Shown: positions 62,146 through 62,679 of the stretch, one piece after another
How the letters are laid out: each line of letters opens with the position of its first letter
Numbering within the stretch: position 1 is the first letter of the stretch
From: Enterobacterales bacterium
GTDB taxonomy: Bacteria; Pseudomonadota; Gammaproteobacteria; Enterobacterales; GCA-002770795
Direction: 5' to 3'
Length of the DNA stretch: 62,679 nucleotides
Assembly: GCA_041556195.1 (NCBI GenBank)
Contig: JBFFIY010000005.1
Span: 1-62,679 of the forward strand
Program-made: the position numbers and the translations under genes
The notes under the pieces: generated by a model
Told to the model about the DNA's origin: nothing
Seen by the model: the letters and a program-made list of their open reading frames with translations, nothing else
Databases searched by the model: none

Positions 62146-62493
62146 ATGATCGAGATTATTATGGAAATTGGATTAACCATATCTGGCATTATCTTAGCTG
62201 CACTATTTTATATTCTTCCTTGGCCTAAAGTTAAAGAGTTTTTTACTACCACTAATTTAGATGAATTTTCTAAAGAAACCTCTGTAAGGGAATTATATAA
62301 AGTAGCCATTATTGACGATGAAATAGATAGTTTTCCTGTCGATTTCATAAGAAAAATGGGATTCCAAGTTAATTGCTATGAATCAATCTCTTTTGCTGAC
62401 TCCCTCAAAATCACTAAATATGATGTTGTTTTTTTAGACGTAAAAGGAGTTGTTGAAGAAGATTTAGAAGAAGGTGGAGCAAAATTTAACTAG
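62146..62493 (+). CDS. Membrane-anchored receiver (REC)-like protein, apparently 3'-truncated
   Basis: 115 aa with an N-terminal TM. CheY-like beta1-beta3 follow (KVAIIDDE, MGFQVNCYES, KYDVVFLDVKG). The frame stops about 55 residues short of a complete receiver, exactly where the 33-bp repeat begins. Confidence 0.5.
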   Translation: MIEIIMEIGLTISGIILAALFYILPWPKVKEFFTTTNLDEFSKETSVRELYKVAIIDDEIDSFPVDFIRKMGFQVNCYESISFADSLKITKYDVVFLDVKGVVEEDLEEGGAKFN

Positions 62494-62519
62494 AAGGGAC
62501 AGGCATTTGAAAGGAATCA
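62487..62519. repeat. 33-bp direct repeat, copy 1 (taactagaagggacaggcatttgaaaggaatca)
   Basis: 32/33 identical to 62647-62679. It overlaps the stop codon of the truncated ORF. Confidence 0.85.
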
Positions 62520-62646
62520 CTGTTTTATCTGAACTTCAGTTAAAATCTAAAGGTTACAACGGATTGTAATACCTCATAACAAGCTGTTAAAGCATGACAA
62601 ATTACAGTTGGCTGGTTCCGCTCCGCTTCACATTTTAGCCAACTAC

Positions 62647-62679
62647 TAACTAGAAGGGACAGGCGTTTGAAAGGAATCA
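62647..62679. repeat. 33-bp direct repeat, copy 2 (runs off the window edge)
   Basis: taactagaagggacaggcgtttgaaaggaatca, 160 bp after copy 1. Confidence 0.85.

Noticed and set aside
62487-62679. Possible CRISPR array, based on two near-identical 33-bp direct repeats
   Set aside because: Only two copies are visible and the spacer is 127 bp, against the usual 30-40 bp or so. Copy 1 overlaps a coding stop. No cas genes are in the window. The region between the repeats is itself a long palindrome.
1-62679. Prophage, IS/transposase, integrase, toxin-antitoxin, restriction-modification or known defence-system genes; also tRNA, rRNA and tmRNA genes
   Set aside because: None of the ORFs of 60 aa or more shows the corresponding motifs (DDE, tyrosine- or serine-recombinase, methyltransferase, nuclease-ATPase combinations). 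I could not recognise a cloverleaf or rRNA-like sequence in the intergenic regions. Small structured RNAs cannot be excluded by eye.

Overview
This is a 62.7-kb chromosomal window from an AT-rich gammaproteobacterium. About 45 real protein-coding genes are present. I found no rRNA, tRNA, CRISPR array, transposase or phage gene. Most of the window is core housekeeping with enteric- or pseudomonad-like synteny: pdxB, asd/usg-like, fimV-like, truA, accD, folC, dedD and purF; lptG-lptF divergent from pepA-holC-valS; and purL, gshA, putP and ggt. The left 9 kb carries envelope-export modules: an MMPL/RND exporter with a LolA-like partner, a LysR regulator, and a MacAB-type ABC system with two FtsX permeases. 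The most interesting region is 52.4-61.5 kb. It holds an orphan four-gene operon: a thermostable-hemolysin-family (probably acyltransferase-fold) protein, an adenylate-forming enzyme, a heme-oxygenase-like di-iron protein and an SDR. Around it sit a cytochrome b gene, a TPR protein, a PmrA/QseB-type two-component system and an outer-membrane barrel. Two CTTAAG-N5-CTTAA(G/T) direct-repeat boxes have the architecture of PmrA boxes. One precedes the operon. The other precedes a decayed paralogous 5' fragment of its first gene, upstream of the cytochrome b gene. The intergenic space holds at least three families of structured or MITE-like repeats. It also holds an 11-bp-phased AGATCT/GATC tandem repeat upstream of a hybrid sensor kinase. 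The right edge (61.5-62.7 kb) looks accessory. It has about 580 bp of non-coding DNA and a membrane-anchored receiver-like ORF that breaks off mid-domain. That break falls exactly at a 33-bp sequence that recurs 160 bp later, next to a long attC-like imperfect palindrome. Coordinates of non-ORF features were read by eye and may be off by 1-2 nt.
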